Source: a virus. From it: a stretch of DNA of 64,000 nucleotides. A program made the position numbers and the translations under genes. Location: positions 45,094-109,093 of the IMG/VR virus record IMGVR_UViG_3300037805_000525; one strand, 5' to 3'. Below the pieces are notes generated by a model. It had not been told where the DNA came from, made no database searches, and saw only the letters and a program-made list of their open reading frames with translations. Within the stretch, counting starts at the first letter, position 1; the number at the start of each line of letters is the position of its first letter. Below are positions 28,473 through 37,318 of this stretch, piece after piece.

Positions 28473-29044
28473 TGCGAGCTCCTCGCGGGCATGATCACGT
28501 CAGTGAGTAGGGCGTCGGACACAACGTAGCTAGCACCCTGCGGGCTGCCGTCCGCGCTGAACTCCTCGTTGAAGGTCTGCCACACGTGGGCGGAGAACGC
28601 ACTTAGCGCGCGGGCAACACTGCCGCTCGTAGTCGCCCTGAATGACCATACATAGCCTAGGGTGCTCTTTCGCGGCTTCCGGTGCTCAGTCCTATATAAA
28701 CGCGCCTGTATGTCGAGGTCGTACATTCGACCGGCATCGCTGCGGAGCAGCCCCGCAGCCAGGTGTAGGTGCGATACGACGTCTCGTGCACGCACAAGAA
28801 CTTCGAACTCACCTGCCCCGTGCGCGGCGGAGATCACCTTGTAGAGGGTGAGCGGGTCCGAGTACGCCTGATCGGGGTAGCAGATCTTGAGGCTCTGTAG
28901 CGCTTGTGTGAGCGTGAGCAGCGCTGCCTCAGGTATTGCGTCCATCGGGGAGGGCACCTCCAGCGGCTGCGCCGGGAGCGTGCGTGCGGCCTCAGTTGGT
29001 CGGCTCCCGGACCGGAGGCGTAACGTTGGTCGTGACTTACCCAC
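28469..29044 (-). CDS. Hypothetical protein
   Basis: 191 aa, operon-coupled. Confidence 0.65.
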   Translation of the reverse strand: MGKSRPTLRLRSGSRPTEAARTLPAQPLEVPSPMDAIPEAALLTLTQALQSLKICYPDQAYSDPLTLYKVISAAHGAGEFEVLVRARDVVSHLHLAAGLLRSDAGRMYDLDIQARLYRTEHRKPRKSTLGYVWSFRATTSGSVARALSAFSAHVWQTFNEEFSADGSPQGASYVVSDALLTDVIMPARSSQ

Positions 29045-29669
29045 TGAACGCGTCCTGCACTTCGAGTCGTAGTGCCGCGTGGATACCCTCTGTCCGCAGA
29101 GTAGGCAGCCTGCTCAAAAACACCACGGGTGCCCCTGCAGCGACCTCTGAGCCCTCGTACACATACGTGGGGGCACCGAGCAGCGTGGCGGTCCCGTCGG
29201 GGCATCCGATGCGTACAGCGCGCATATAGACCTCCCGCTCCGCATTGCTGGAGAATACCGTGCGGACGATGCTGACGCGATTAGTCAGCACGTACTCTGC
29301 GATGTAGCGCAGTGCCTCACGAGGAGCGCGCACCTGGATGGCGTGCACCTCCTTAGCTCGATCAAGTGCGGCCACATACTCTGCTGTACTTGGCGCAGGG
29401 TCAGTGAACGACGCGGGGTGCTCTGCTCGACGATCTTCGGGCTCGGATACGTCGAGCACGATGGCGGCGGTCACCTTGCAGATCGGCCCGAACAGTAGGA
29501 TGTTTATCGCAGACGCACCTTCGTTGAGGAACCGCACGACGGCAGGGAGTACCGCAGTCGGGCTTCGCGCGACCTCGAGCTCGTACATACGGGTTTCACC
29601 GCCCGCAGTGTCTGTGTCTGCGACGTCGGACAACTGCATGTCCGGATCGATCTTCTTTGTATCAGTCAC
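29037..29669 (-). CDS. Hypothetical protein
   Basis: 210 aa; GAGGAG SD. Confidence 0.7.
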   Translation of the reverse strand: MTDTKKIDPDMQLSDVADTDTAGGETRMYELEVARSPTAVLPAVVRFLNEGASAINILLFGPICKVTAAIVLDVSEPEDRRAEHPASFTDPAPSTAEYVAALDRAKEVHAIQVRAPREALRYIAEYVLTNRVSIVRTVFSSNAEREVYMRAVRIGCPDGTATLLGAPTYVYEGSEVAAGAPVVFLSRLPTLRTEGIHAALRLEVQDAFSG

Positions 29670-29679
29670 CGTCTACTCC

Positions 29680-30399
29680 TCATGCCGTGATGTTGTTTAC
29701 GAACCCGTCGCTCATGTGCCCCACGTCGTCGTCGGGTATCTGCGCGAATCCGAAGGAGGCTACCGCCGAGGCGCGGAAGGCGCGGACACAGCGTCGGACG
29801 ACGGCAACCTGACTCTCGCCGCTGGCTAGCGCGTACGACTTCAGGAAATCGCGTGTGTCGGCTGCGAGCCTGAACTGCGTCATGACGAGCTTGTCTGCGC
29901 GAACGCTGACCTTCTGAATTAGCAAGCTGTTCACCATCGCCTTTCCGCGAACGTTGTCTGTGTCTGCAGACCACCGCCGGCCGCCTGCGAACAGTACCAC
30001 CCGTGGCCGGGAATACTGGTCTTTGTGTTTGCCTATCTGCGCGGCACGAAGAACCGCTTTACGTGAGCGGTAGGTACGCTTCTTGGATAGGTCCAGGTAC
30101 ACGGCAACGCTCTTTAGCAGGAGGCGGTGGGAGGCGGCCCAATAAGCACGAGCAGGGCCACGCCGCGCATTACGAACGATGTGCGCGTGTAGCGTGGTCA
30201 CCTCTTGGCAAAACCTGCAGAACGCGTAACCACCGTCCGCGCCGTTCCCGTGCGGAAATAGGCATTGTGGGCAGTACCACAGCGCGGAGAACAGGTGGCT
30301 CACCGGCCAGACGCGTAGACCGACAAAAGGGGCCCCTGCGCGAAGTGGTCCGCCGTCTCCGCGTGTTTGGTGTGCAAGTGGGTAGTTACGTGCGACCAC
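29680..30399 (-). CDS. Zn-ribbon plus C-terminal ribbon-helix-helix-like DNA-binding protein
   Basis: CPQC...CRFC; C-terminal VMTQFRL-AADTRDFLKSYALASGES-QVAVVRRCVRAF fits an RHH strand-helix-helix pattern. Confidence 0.55.
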   Translation of the reverse strand: MVARNYPLAHQTRGDGGPLRAGAPFVGLRVWPVSHLFSALWYCPQCLFPHGNGADGGYAFCRFCQEVTTLHAHIVRNARRGPARAYWAASHRLLLKSVAVYLDLSKKRTYRSRKAVLRAAQIGKHKDQYSRPRVVLFAGGRRWSADTDNVRGKAMVNSLLIQKVSVRADKLVMTQFRLAADTRDFLKSYALASGESQVAVVRRCVRAFRASAVASFGFAQIPDDDVGHMSDGFVNNITA

Positions 30400-30402
30400 G
30401 CG

Positions 30403-30762
30403 CTAGCTCTTTCGGCGCTTCTTACGTGAACTGCCTCGGAGGACGATTGGTCCTTGAGCAAACACGTCGTTCAGGAACTTCTCGGCGTCGGCAACCTTCT
30501 TCTTCTCGAAGTCTCCGGACCCAGGAATGTAGTCCTCTCGAAGTACGGCACGGATACTGTTCACGTACTCTGTCGAGGATTCCGAGGTCACTAGGTTGCT
30601 TATCACGCTGTGATATTCGGTGCGCTGCTTCCGGTTAAAGATGTGAATCCAAATCAACTCAGCCAGCGAATCCCTCGCTGGGACTGGCAGCGCACCTGAC
30701 CGAATCAGCTCGTAGTAGAGGCAACCACGCGCCCACCCGATTGGATCACTTAGCTCATTTTT
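30403..30762 (-). CDS. Tail assembly chaperone C-terminal (gpT-like) segment, probably reached by -1 frameshift
   Basis: No good independent start; open in the -1 frame across GTA AAA ATG at the end of 30750..31529. Confidence 0.6.
   Translation of the reverse strand, partial: KNELSDPIGWARGCLYYELIRSGALPVPARDSLAELIWIHIFNRKQRTEYHSVISNLVTSESSTEYVNSIRAVLREDYIPGSGDFEKKKVADAEKFLNDVFAQGPIVLRGSSRKKRRKS
30601..30615. promoter_or_regulatory. Palindromic site 8, TATCACGCTGTGATA (intragenic)
   Basis: Reverse complement of the site 6/7 variant. Confidence 0.8.
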
Positions 30763-31529
30763 ACGGTGCCGTGCATGACACCCGACTTCCACAAGCTACT
30801 AACCCGGTCGTCCAACCAACGAACCTGTGTATGTAGCGCCGCCTGTAGCGGCGGAGGCACGTTGTCGATCATGTAGTTCGTGGTGTTCAGCACACGCTTG
30901 AACTCGTCCCGCCGGTGAATCTTGCGATCTGCTGAGGCGGGTGTGTTCGGAGCGTCGTTGTCTGGCGGGTACGGGCGCATGTTCCCAGGTGTCCCGACCT
31001 CAAGGATGCGACTCGACAACAGCGCGCATTGCGCTACGTTGCTCGCCGCGATGTCCGACTCGTCGCTGAACGAGTCGGTGACCTTACGTATCACCTTGGC
31101 CATGATGATCTCGTCGAGAGAACGTTGCGTGCGTAGAGTGGCCCACAGGAACGGCTCGCCGTCTGGGCCGAACAGTACGGGGACGTCTTGGGTCATGTAC
31201 CCAGACATGACGTGCTCGATGAGCGAGAGTTCGCTTTCGATACGGTCTTCGGTTGCCGCCCGGTAGTCGGGGGTGTCGAAGAACGAGCCCGACCACTCGT
31301 ACCCGGCGAACCGGTCGACTTTGGGAGCGTCGTCCTCTGCGGCCACCTCGGGCTGTGAGTTCAGCGCCTGGTAGTCCTCGACGAAGTCTGCGGCCTGCTC
31401 ACGAATGTCGGCGCGCATCTTCCGCCCAGCGGGGGCTGGTGGAGCCACCTGCTGCGCCGGGTCGGGAGCCCGCTGCTGTGAGCGGGCCTTGACCTGTTCA
31501 CGGATGCCACTCATCTTATCATCGCTCAA
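30750..31529 (-). CDS. Tail assembly chaperone (gpG-like)
   Basis: 259 aa, acidic; lies between the tube and tape measure genes and ends in a slippery A-run. Confidence 0.6.
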   Translation of the reverse strand: MSDDKMSGIREQVKARSQQRAPDPAQQVAPPAPAGRKMRADIREQAADFVEDYQALNSQPEVAAEDDAPKVDRFAGYEWSGSFFDTPDYRAATEDRIESELSLIEHVMSGYMTQDVPVLFGPDGEPFLWATLRTQRSLDEIIMAKVIRKVTDSFSDESDIAASNVAQCALLSSRILEVGTPGNMRPYPPDNDAPNTPASADRKIHRRDEFKRVLNTTNYMIDNVPPPLQAALHTQVRWLDDRVSSLWKSGVMHGTVKMS

Positions 31530-31882
31530 TTCACAACTCCGTCAGGGCCGGGTGCTGGTTCGGTGTTCGCCCATCGAACCCGGGCACTGTAGCACCCGCT
31601 GCAGGTTAGGCTGGGCCAATTGTAGAGTGCTGCGACATCGAGGCAGTCGCCGTAGTGCGGACAATCTAGCTCCCGGCTGAACTCGATTGCGTAGGTCGCT
31701 ACGAAGTGGTCGTCGTCGGAAAAGATGAACGGCCCGACCTCAGCGTCCAGGTCAGCGTCCACTCGACGACGAACACCGTAGTAGCCCCAGATTGTGTTCA
31801 CCGCGGTGGTTGGCTCGGGCATTCGACTCTCGCAGTTTGGCCGGAAAAGCGATTGAGGCGTGGATGATATACACTTCTGCAC
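31526..31882 (-). CDS. Small Cys-cluster protein
   Basis: CPHYGDC...CSGC. Confidence 0.55.
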   Translation of the reverse strand: MQKCISSTPQSLFRPNCESRMPEPTTAVNTIWGYYGVRRRVDADLDAEVGPFIFSDDDHFVATYAIEFSRELDCPHYGDCLDVAALYNWPSLTCSGCYSARVRWANTEPAPGPDGVVN

Positions 31883-31920
31883 CGAGAGTCAACTCTAATG
31901 TTGAAACATTTTTGGTGCGT

Positions 31921-31947
31921 CAAACACACCTGTTTGTTTGGCATAAG
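31921..31947 (+). promoter_or_regulatory. Promoter-like motif CAAA-N15-GGCATAAG
   Basis: Upstream of the 32058 gene. Confidence 0.6.
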
Positions 31948-32057
31948 CACTATGCGTCAGTACTCGCACCCAGCGAGTCACGTTCCGTCAACAGCAGCTC
32001 TTGGTTGGAAGCCTACGGAGCTGCGCTGACACAACGGTTTAGTGCGCGGAGGATGTT

Positions 32058-32609
32058 GTGAAGCAACAAGCAATTCAGTGGGTGGACCTGAACGGGAATA
32101 GGTGGCATTGCTCGGAGCATACGCCGCAGGTTGTGTCCAAAGGTCGCCGAGGAAACTTTCAGCCAATGTCCTGCGGGATGATGCGTCGGTGGCTGCGGTG
32201 GGTCTGCTCCGAGCGGATCTCGAACGAGGACATCGACAGCTGGTTGGTGTGCCCCCCGGTGCTCGGGCCGGGGGAGGTGTTCGACGAAGATGCGCTGGTC
32301 GCGGAGCGTACGGGGGACCCCGAGCTGTGCCGGTTCCTTGAGGACATGGTCCCGCTCGCAATCCAGCTCAGCGCTGAGGACGCGGGCATCTTCTACGACA
32401 TCCCACGAACCGAGGCGGCCCTTTGCCTCATCGAGGAGGCGCTGCGGCTCCCGCACGGTGTTCGGCTTTCCTGGGAGATTCAGGGCGTCGATGCGACGGA
32501 GCCGCTCGGCATCCGTGTGCGGACCCTGATGGAGTCTTGGCCGGGTCTGAAGAACGGCGCTTTGGCGACACTCTTCCGATTGGGCGCCTTCATCATACCG
32601 GCCAACTGA
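32058..32609 (+). CDS. Hypothetical protein
   Basis: GGAGG SD plus GTG; 183 aa. Confidence 0.7.
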   Translation: MKQQAIQWVDLNGNRWHCSEHTPQVVSKGRRGNFQPMSCGMMRRWLRWVCSERISNEDIDSWLVCPPVLGPGEVFDEDALVAERTGDPELCRFLEDMVPLAIQLSAEDAGIFYDIPRTEAALCLIEEALRLPHGVRLSWEIQGVDATEPLGIRVRTLMESWPGLKNGALATLFRLGAFIIPAN

Positions 32610-33040
32610 GCAAGGGCCTCGTGTGCGTGTACATGTGCGCACCACGTGCCCACGTGGTGCGCGCACGCGCTCCCACCCGCATTAAACACCCCACAAAACC
32701 CCTAAAGGGTTTTTGGGTGTGTTTACTTTTATTGGCGTAGTTTGGCTAGGTAACTTGGGCACAAACCTACTATCCCGAAAAGATGTGGGTAGACTGGCCT
32801 ACCGAATGCCTGGGCGGACGCATCGGCGCGTGGATGTATCGGCGTGTGTGGATGCATCCACACACGGGTGCATCCACGCCCGCACGAGGGAAACTCCTCG
32901 CAGGGGCCTTCCGCTTGCGCTTGCGCGCACTTAGCACGTGCCCCTATTTGCGGTGCAAATAGGAACCCGCGCTTCTTTTTTTTCTAGTCGGCTTCGCCTC
33001 CAAGACACCCGGCTGAAGCCCCGGAAACACAGGGATTTTT
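32610..33040 (+). other. Hairpin-dense non-coding region (candidate structured RNA or replication origin)
   Basis: Stems at 32637-32662, 32683-32725, 32828-32879 (24-bp perfect core, outer stem with G-U pairs) and 32944-32962; T8 run near 32976. Confidence 0.5.
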
Positions 33041-33042
33041 TA

Positions 33043-34176
33043 ATGCGAAAGATAGGCATTGTCGACGACCTGCTCAACAAGTGGCCAGAGCTGCACGCCA
33101 CACTCACGCAGACCCTATCGAACCTGGAGGGGCAGACTGCGATGTTCGATCTACTGCTATCCGCTCCCCAGGATATCGTGCTCCTGCCGGACAGTGAGCA
33201 GGGCGTGTTTTTCCAGGCGCGGCAGAAGCTGATCGGCGGCGTTGAGGACGGCCTTCGGATGTTCTTTTACGCCGATGGGACGTTCATAGACGACGCGTCG
33301 GAGGCGAAGTACGCGGTGCAGCAGGGGTGGGTCTACAGGTACTACCCAGTCGAAGGGGACCGCATCCTGGTCGAGGTTCCGTACCGCGAAATCGACAGCG
33401 ATCTGGCGCGGCACTTCTTCTATGGCCTGGCCTCGCTGAACGTGCAGGAGGGGCGAGGGGCGTACCACAAGCGTGTTACGTCAGTTCGGTACGCAGTGCA
33501 CAAGGTGACGCTCAGTATGTCGGACTTCAAGGAGTTCGCTAACCGGTGCGACGAACACCAATGGGACGTAGAGGATTTCGACGACGTCAAGGAGATCGTC
33601 GGGCAGGAGCTCGCTCACGCAGAGGCCGCAGTGGCACGGGCGGCGGACCACTTGGAGGACTTCAGGCGGATCGTCTCAGACGGTGCGGCCATGTCCGCGA
33701 TACACAACGAGGCGTTCAAGGTTGTGAACGTTCGGTCGGCCATGACCTCAGCGATGGCACACGCAAACGCACGAATCCGATCGCTCCCTGCTGGAGGGTT
33801 GCGGGCGCAGTACCAGCGCCAGATGGACGTGCTCAGTGAACGTGCGGCAGGTATTAAGGAGGTTAACCTGACGGCGATCGCTACGTCTGCGGTCGTCGAC
33901 CCAACAGCGCGGGCGGCCTCTCTGTACGCACCGCTGAAAGATGAGCTGGCCAGGCTCGCGCGTGCGTACCCGGTGCTGCGCGCGCTCACCGTCCACGAGG
34001 ACGATCACATAGAGGTTCGCAGCGCCACCGGGTCGGTGCACCTCAACGGAGACGGTTCGTCGAGGATCACGGGCACCTTGACGGACAACGTTAGGACGAG
34101 TACTAAGGCCCGCGCAACACGCATGCAAGGCATACGTGCGCAGCGCAAGAAGCGGCTCGAAGCCGCCAAAGACTAA
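33043..34176 (+). CDS. Hypothetical protein with coiled-coil middle
   Basis: 377 aa from ATG 33043 (MRKIGIVDD); the ORF-track extension upstream runs through hairpins. Confidence 0.75.
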   Translation: MRKIGIVDDLLNKWPELHATLTQTLSNLEGQTAMFDLLLSAPQDIVLLPDSEQGVFFQARQKLIGGVEDGLRMFFYADGTFIDDASEAKYAVQQGWVYRYYPVEGDRILVEVPYREIDSDLARHFFYGLASLNVQEGRGAYHKRVTSVRYAVHKVTLSMSDFKEFANRCDEHQWDVEDFDDVKEIVGQELAHAEAAVARAADHLEDFRRIVSDGAAMSAIHNEAFKVVNVRSAMTSAMAHANARIRSLPAGGLRAQYQRQMDVLSERAAGIKEVNLTAIATSAVVDPTARAASLYAPLKDELARLARAYPVLRALTVHEDDHIEVRSATGSVHLNGDGSSRITGTLTDNVRTSTKARATRMQGIRAQRKKRLEAAKD

Positions 34177-34188
34177 GCCCCCCTCTGC

Positions 34189-34215
34189 CGGAAATATCAC
34201 ACTGTGATATTTCCG
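34189..34215. promoter_or_regulatory. Palindromic site 9, extended 27-bp form, abutting the parB promoter
   Basis: CGGAAATATCACACTGTGATATTTCCG, 13-1-13 perfect inverted repeat. Confidence 0.9.
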
Positions 34216-34242
34216 CAGTTTCACGAAAATAGCTGGTATAAG
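34216..34242 (+). promoter_or_regulatory. Promoter-like motif CAGT-N15-GGTATAAG
   Basis: Upstream of parB. Confidence 0.65.
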
Positions 34243-34292
34243 CAATTTACTCCTAGGACACCAACAGCCCCTAGGACCTGGAGATCGCGCTC

Positions 34293-35543
34293 ATGTCCGA
34301 CGTTGAAATGACGACCGAAGAAGAAGCCGCCACCGAAATCACCGAGCTTGAGATCCCGCCCGAAGAAGAGCTGCTGCTCGTTGAGCACGGCACCGAGTGG
34401 ATCGCGCTGGGCGACATCGACACCGAAACCTTCGTGAACCCGCGCGGTGACGTGGGTGATTTGACCGAACTCAAGCAGTCCCTCCTTGCCTCTGGCGTGC
34501 TCGTCCCGCTGAGCGTGGTGATCATCAGCCCAACCGGCATCCTCGACGAGGACAACCAGGCGGAAGCCGTACTGCTGCTCGACGGTCAGCGCCGCCTCGC
34601 TGCGATGCGGGAGCTCCACGACGGCATCAACGAGCACAACGAGCGGGTTGCCCGCGATGGCGGCTTCGACGACCTCGACAGCACGTACCTGTTCGTGGTT
34701 GACGACGGCAAGGGCAACATGGTGCCCAACCCCGACGTGATCCCGCAGGCGTTCTCGGAGCAGTCCTGCAGCGTGAGCATCGCGCGCGCCTGGAGCGAGG
34801 AGCTCCAGAGCGAGATGCTCGTGCGCGCAGCGCTCATCAACGAGAAGCGTGAGTCGATGACCGACTACGACCGCTACTGCTACGTGTGCCGCCTGTCCGA
34901 GCTGGGCATGCGCCAGGTCGACATCGGCAAGAAGCTCACTCGCGCACAGGCGTGGGTGTCCGGCGCGGTCAGCGTCAAGAAGAACGGCTCCAGCGTGCTG
35001 ATCACCGCGATCAAGGAGGGCAAGGTCTCGCTCCGTCGTGGCTTCGAGATCGCCAAGCACAACAAGCGCGAGCAGGCTGCGCTCGTCGCAGGCAAGGCGC
35101 CGGCGAAGAAGTCGACCTTCCGCTCAAGCCGTGAGATCTACGCCGACGTCGTGGCGATGAGCAACCCCGAGGCCTACGTCGATGTTGACGAGGCGCATCG
35201 CCAGATGATGATTCGTACGTTCCGCTACATCATGGGCGATGCGGGCGTGACGCTCGAGCAGCTGATGTACCCGCCCGAGCCCGAGAACGATGTGGCCACG
35301 TCCACGAAGTCCCTGCTCGACCTGATCCCCGAGGCACGTCGTCGGGCGCCCAAGGCGAAGGTCACGCCCAAGAAGCCCGCAACGAAGAAGGCGCCGAAGA
35401 AGGCCGCGCCGAAGAAGGCCGCACCGAAGAAGGACGCACCGAAGAAGGTCGCCCCCAAGGCGAAGGCCCCCGCCAGCACTGCCAAGCCCGCGCGCCCTCG
35501 CCGGGCCGCGCGCCCTCGCCGGACCAAGCCCGCCGCTGAGTAA
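34293..35543 (+). CDS. parB: ParB/KorB-family CTPase with HTH and histone-H1-like Lys/Ala/Pro tail
   Basis: NPR...ELKQSL...GVLVPL.V and LLDGQRRLAA ParB motifs; NEKRESM; HTH MRQVDIGKKLTRAQAWVS; PKKAA repeats. Confidence 0.85.
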   Translation: MSDVEMTTEEEAATEITELEIPPEEELLLVEHGTEWIALGDIDTETFVNPRGDVGDLTELKQSLLASGVLVPLSVVIISPTGILDEDNQAEAVLLLDGQRRLAAMRELHDGINEHNERVARDGGFDDLDSTYLFVVDDGKGNMVPNPDVIPQAFSEQSCSVSIARAWSEELQSEMLVRAALINEKRESMTDYDRYCYVCRLSELGMRQVDIGKKLTRAQAWVSGAVSVKKNGSSVLITAIKEGKVSLRRGFEIAKHNKREQAALVAGKAPAKKSTFRSSREIYADVVAMSNPEAYVDVDEAHRQMMIRTFRYIMGDAGVTLEQLMYPPEPENDVATSTKSLLDLIPEARRRAPKAKVTPKKPATKKAPKKAAPKKAAPKKDAPKKVAPKAKAPASTAKPARPRRAARPRRTKPAAE

Positions 35544-35566
35544 GGCCTCGGCAACCACCTAGAAGG

Positions 35567-35602
35567 GGCCGCGATTCTCACGAGTCGCGGCCTTTTTTTT
35601 TT
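35567..35602 (+). terminator. Intrinsic terminator after parB
   Basis: GGCCGCGATTC-TCAC-GAGTCGCGGCC followed by T10. Confidence 0.9.
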
Positions 35603-35630
35603 GCCAAATTTTAGAGGACGAAAGTGGAGC

Positions 35631-37316
35631 ATGGACGCCAGACTCGAACTACGTAACCGCCTGCGGGCGATTCACCCACTCATCGCAATCCAAACCCTGG
35701 AAGAGGAGCGGACGATACTGGAGATCGTACGCATGCTCGAGCAGGAGGCCGCCGGACTCGAGGAGGCGCGTGCGTACGACATCTTCCAGTGGGACGTGAT
35801 CAACGCACTACGCCCTATCCAGTCGGTAACGCCCGCACTGCTTCCGGGTAAGAAGAAAGACGTGCGTCCACTACTCGATATCGTAGACCGCGCTATCTCC
35901 ACTGAGTACGCCGGACATCTGGTCATCTTTGTGAAGGACGCCTACGAGATCTTCATCGCCCCCACCACGGCGACCTCGCTGCGGCGCGTGCTCAAGACAA
36001 TGGTCAACCGTGACCCCGAGCGAAAGCTGTACCTCACGGTCATCCTGCTGGACCACACGATGCCAGCGCACCCGACACTTGAAGAGGACATGGTCGCGAT
36101 CGAGTGGCCGTTGCCCACACGTGAGGAGCTCGGTGAGTGCTTCTCATCGGAGGCGCTACTCTCGCTGGTTGGCGACGAGCTGCGTGAAGGCCTCGCGTTT
36201 TTCGATGACGATGTCAAGGCGGGCAGCGAGTGCGAATCTGCGCTGGAGCACATTCAGAACCTCGCGGATGCGGCGCAAGGGCTCAAGATGTCCGAGGCCA
36301 AGCACGCGTTCGTGCTGGCGTTCGGGTCGGAGGCGGACCTCGGCGGTGTGTCCCCGCGGCATATCGTCAAGGCGAAGGAGCAGCTGATTGGCCGCAGTGG
36401 TCTTCTGACGTTCCACCAGCCTGAGGGGACGTTGGCGGACGTTGGTGGCCTGGACCTGCTGAAGGGTTGGCTGCGCGAGCGGCGGCGCGCGTTCGGCCCG
36501 GACGCCGCAGCCTTCGGACTCCCCTCGCCAAAGGCTGTACTCCTGGTGGGCCCGCCGGGTACAGGCAAGAGCATCGTCCCGCGACTTGTAGGCGCTGAGT
36601 GGGGCATGCCCGTTCTGCAGCTAGACATGGGGCAGCTGATGAACTCCATGCTCGGGCAGTCCGAGGCCAACTTGCGTGACGCGCTCCGAACTGCTGAGGC
36701 GGCTGCGCCGGCAATCCTGTGGTTCGACGAGATCGAGAAGGCGATAGGCACGGGTGGCGACCGAGACGGCGGCACCAGCGGACGAATACTTGCTACCTGG
36801 CTCACCTGGATGGCCGAGAAGGAGGCGCCGGTGTTTGTCATCGCGAGCGCCAACGACCCCTTGAAGCTCCCCGCGGAGGTGACCCGCGTCGGCCGATTTG
36901 ATCGGACGTTCTACGTTGGGTTCCCGAATACGAAGGAGCGCGCAGAGATTTTCGCAGTACACTTGCGAAAACGTGGCCGGGACCCGGACGACTTCAACCT
37001 GCAGCTTCTGGCAAGCCGCTCTGACGGATTCAGCGGCGCTGAGATTGAGGGCGCTATTATTGGCGCGCTCTTCAAAGCGTTTGACCGGAATGCGCCCGAC
37101 GTGGAAATGGTCGACCTACTTGACGAGTGCGCGGGACTTACCCCACTGAGCGTGTCAAACGCGGAACAGCTCAGGCCTATGATCGAGTGGGCGGAGAGCA
37201 ACGCGAAGCACGCAAGTGTCCACGACACACCGGCTACAGTGGCGTCCGGTGGGCGCGGTCGTAGCCGCGTTGTCTCGCGCCGAAACCGGCTGGCGATGAA
37301 CAAAAAGATCGGCTAG
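35631..37316 (+). CDS. Ycf46-like AAA+ ATPase
   Basis: DVGGLDLLKGWL, Walker A GPPGTGKS, Walker B LWFDEIEK, SAN sensor, R.GRFD finger; degenerate N-terminal AAA domain. Confidence 0.9.
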   Translation: MDARLELRNRLRAIHPLIAIQTLEEERTILEIVRMLEQEAAGLEEARAYDIFQWDVINALRPIQSVTPALLPGKKKDVRPLLDIVDRAISTEYAGHLVIFVKDAYEIFIAPTTATSLRRVLKTMVNRDPERKLYLTVILLDHTMPAHPTLEEDMVAIEWPLPTREELGECFSSEALLSLVGDELREGLAFFDDDVKAGSECESALEHIQNLADAAQGLKMSEAKHAFVLAFGSEADLGGVSPRHIVKAKEQLIGRSGLLTFHQPEGTLADVGGLDLLKGWLRERRRAFGPDAAAFGLPSPKAVLLVGPPGTGKSIVPRLVGAEWGMPVLQLDMGQLMNSMLGQSEANLRDALRTAEAAAPAILWFDEIEKAIGTGGDRDGGTSGRILATWLTWMAEKEAPVFVIASANDPLKLPAEVTRVGRFDRTFYVGFPNTKERAEIFAVHLRKRGRDPDDFNLQLLASRSDGFSGAEIEGAIIGALFKAFDRNAPDVEMVDLLDECAGLTPLSVSNAEQLRPMIEWAESNAKHASVHDTPATVASGGRGRSRVVSRRNRLAMNKKIG

Positions 37317-37318
37317 CA

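Noticed and set aside
34221-35060. 279-aa minus-strand ORF (similarly 19040..20017, 22035..23108, 24399..25370, 53614..54465, 62347..63363)
   Set aside because: Antisense shadows of well-supported genes in GC-rich DNA
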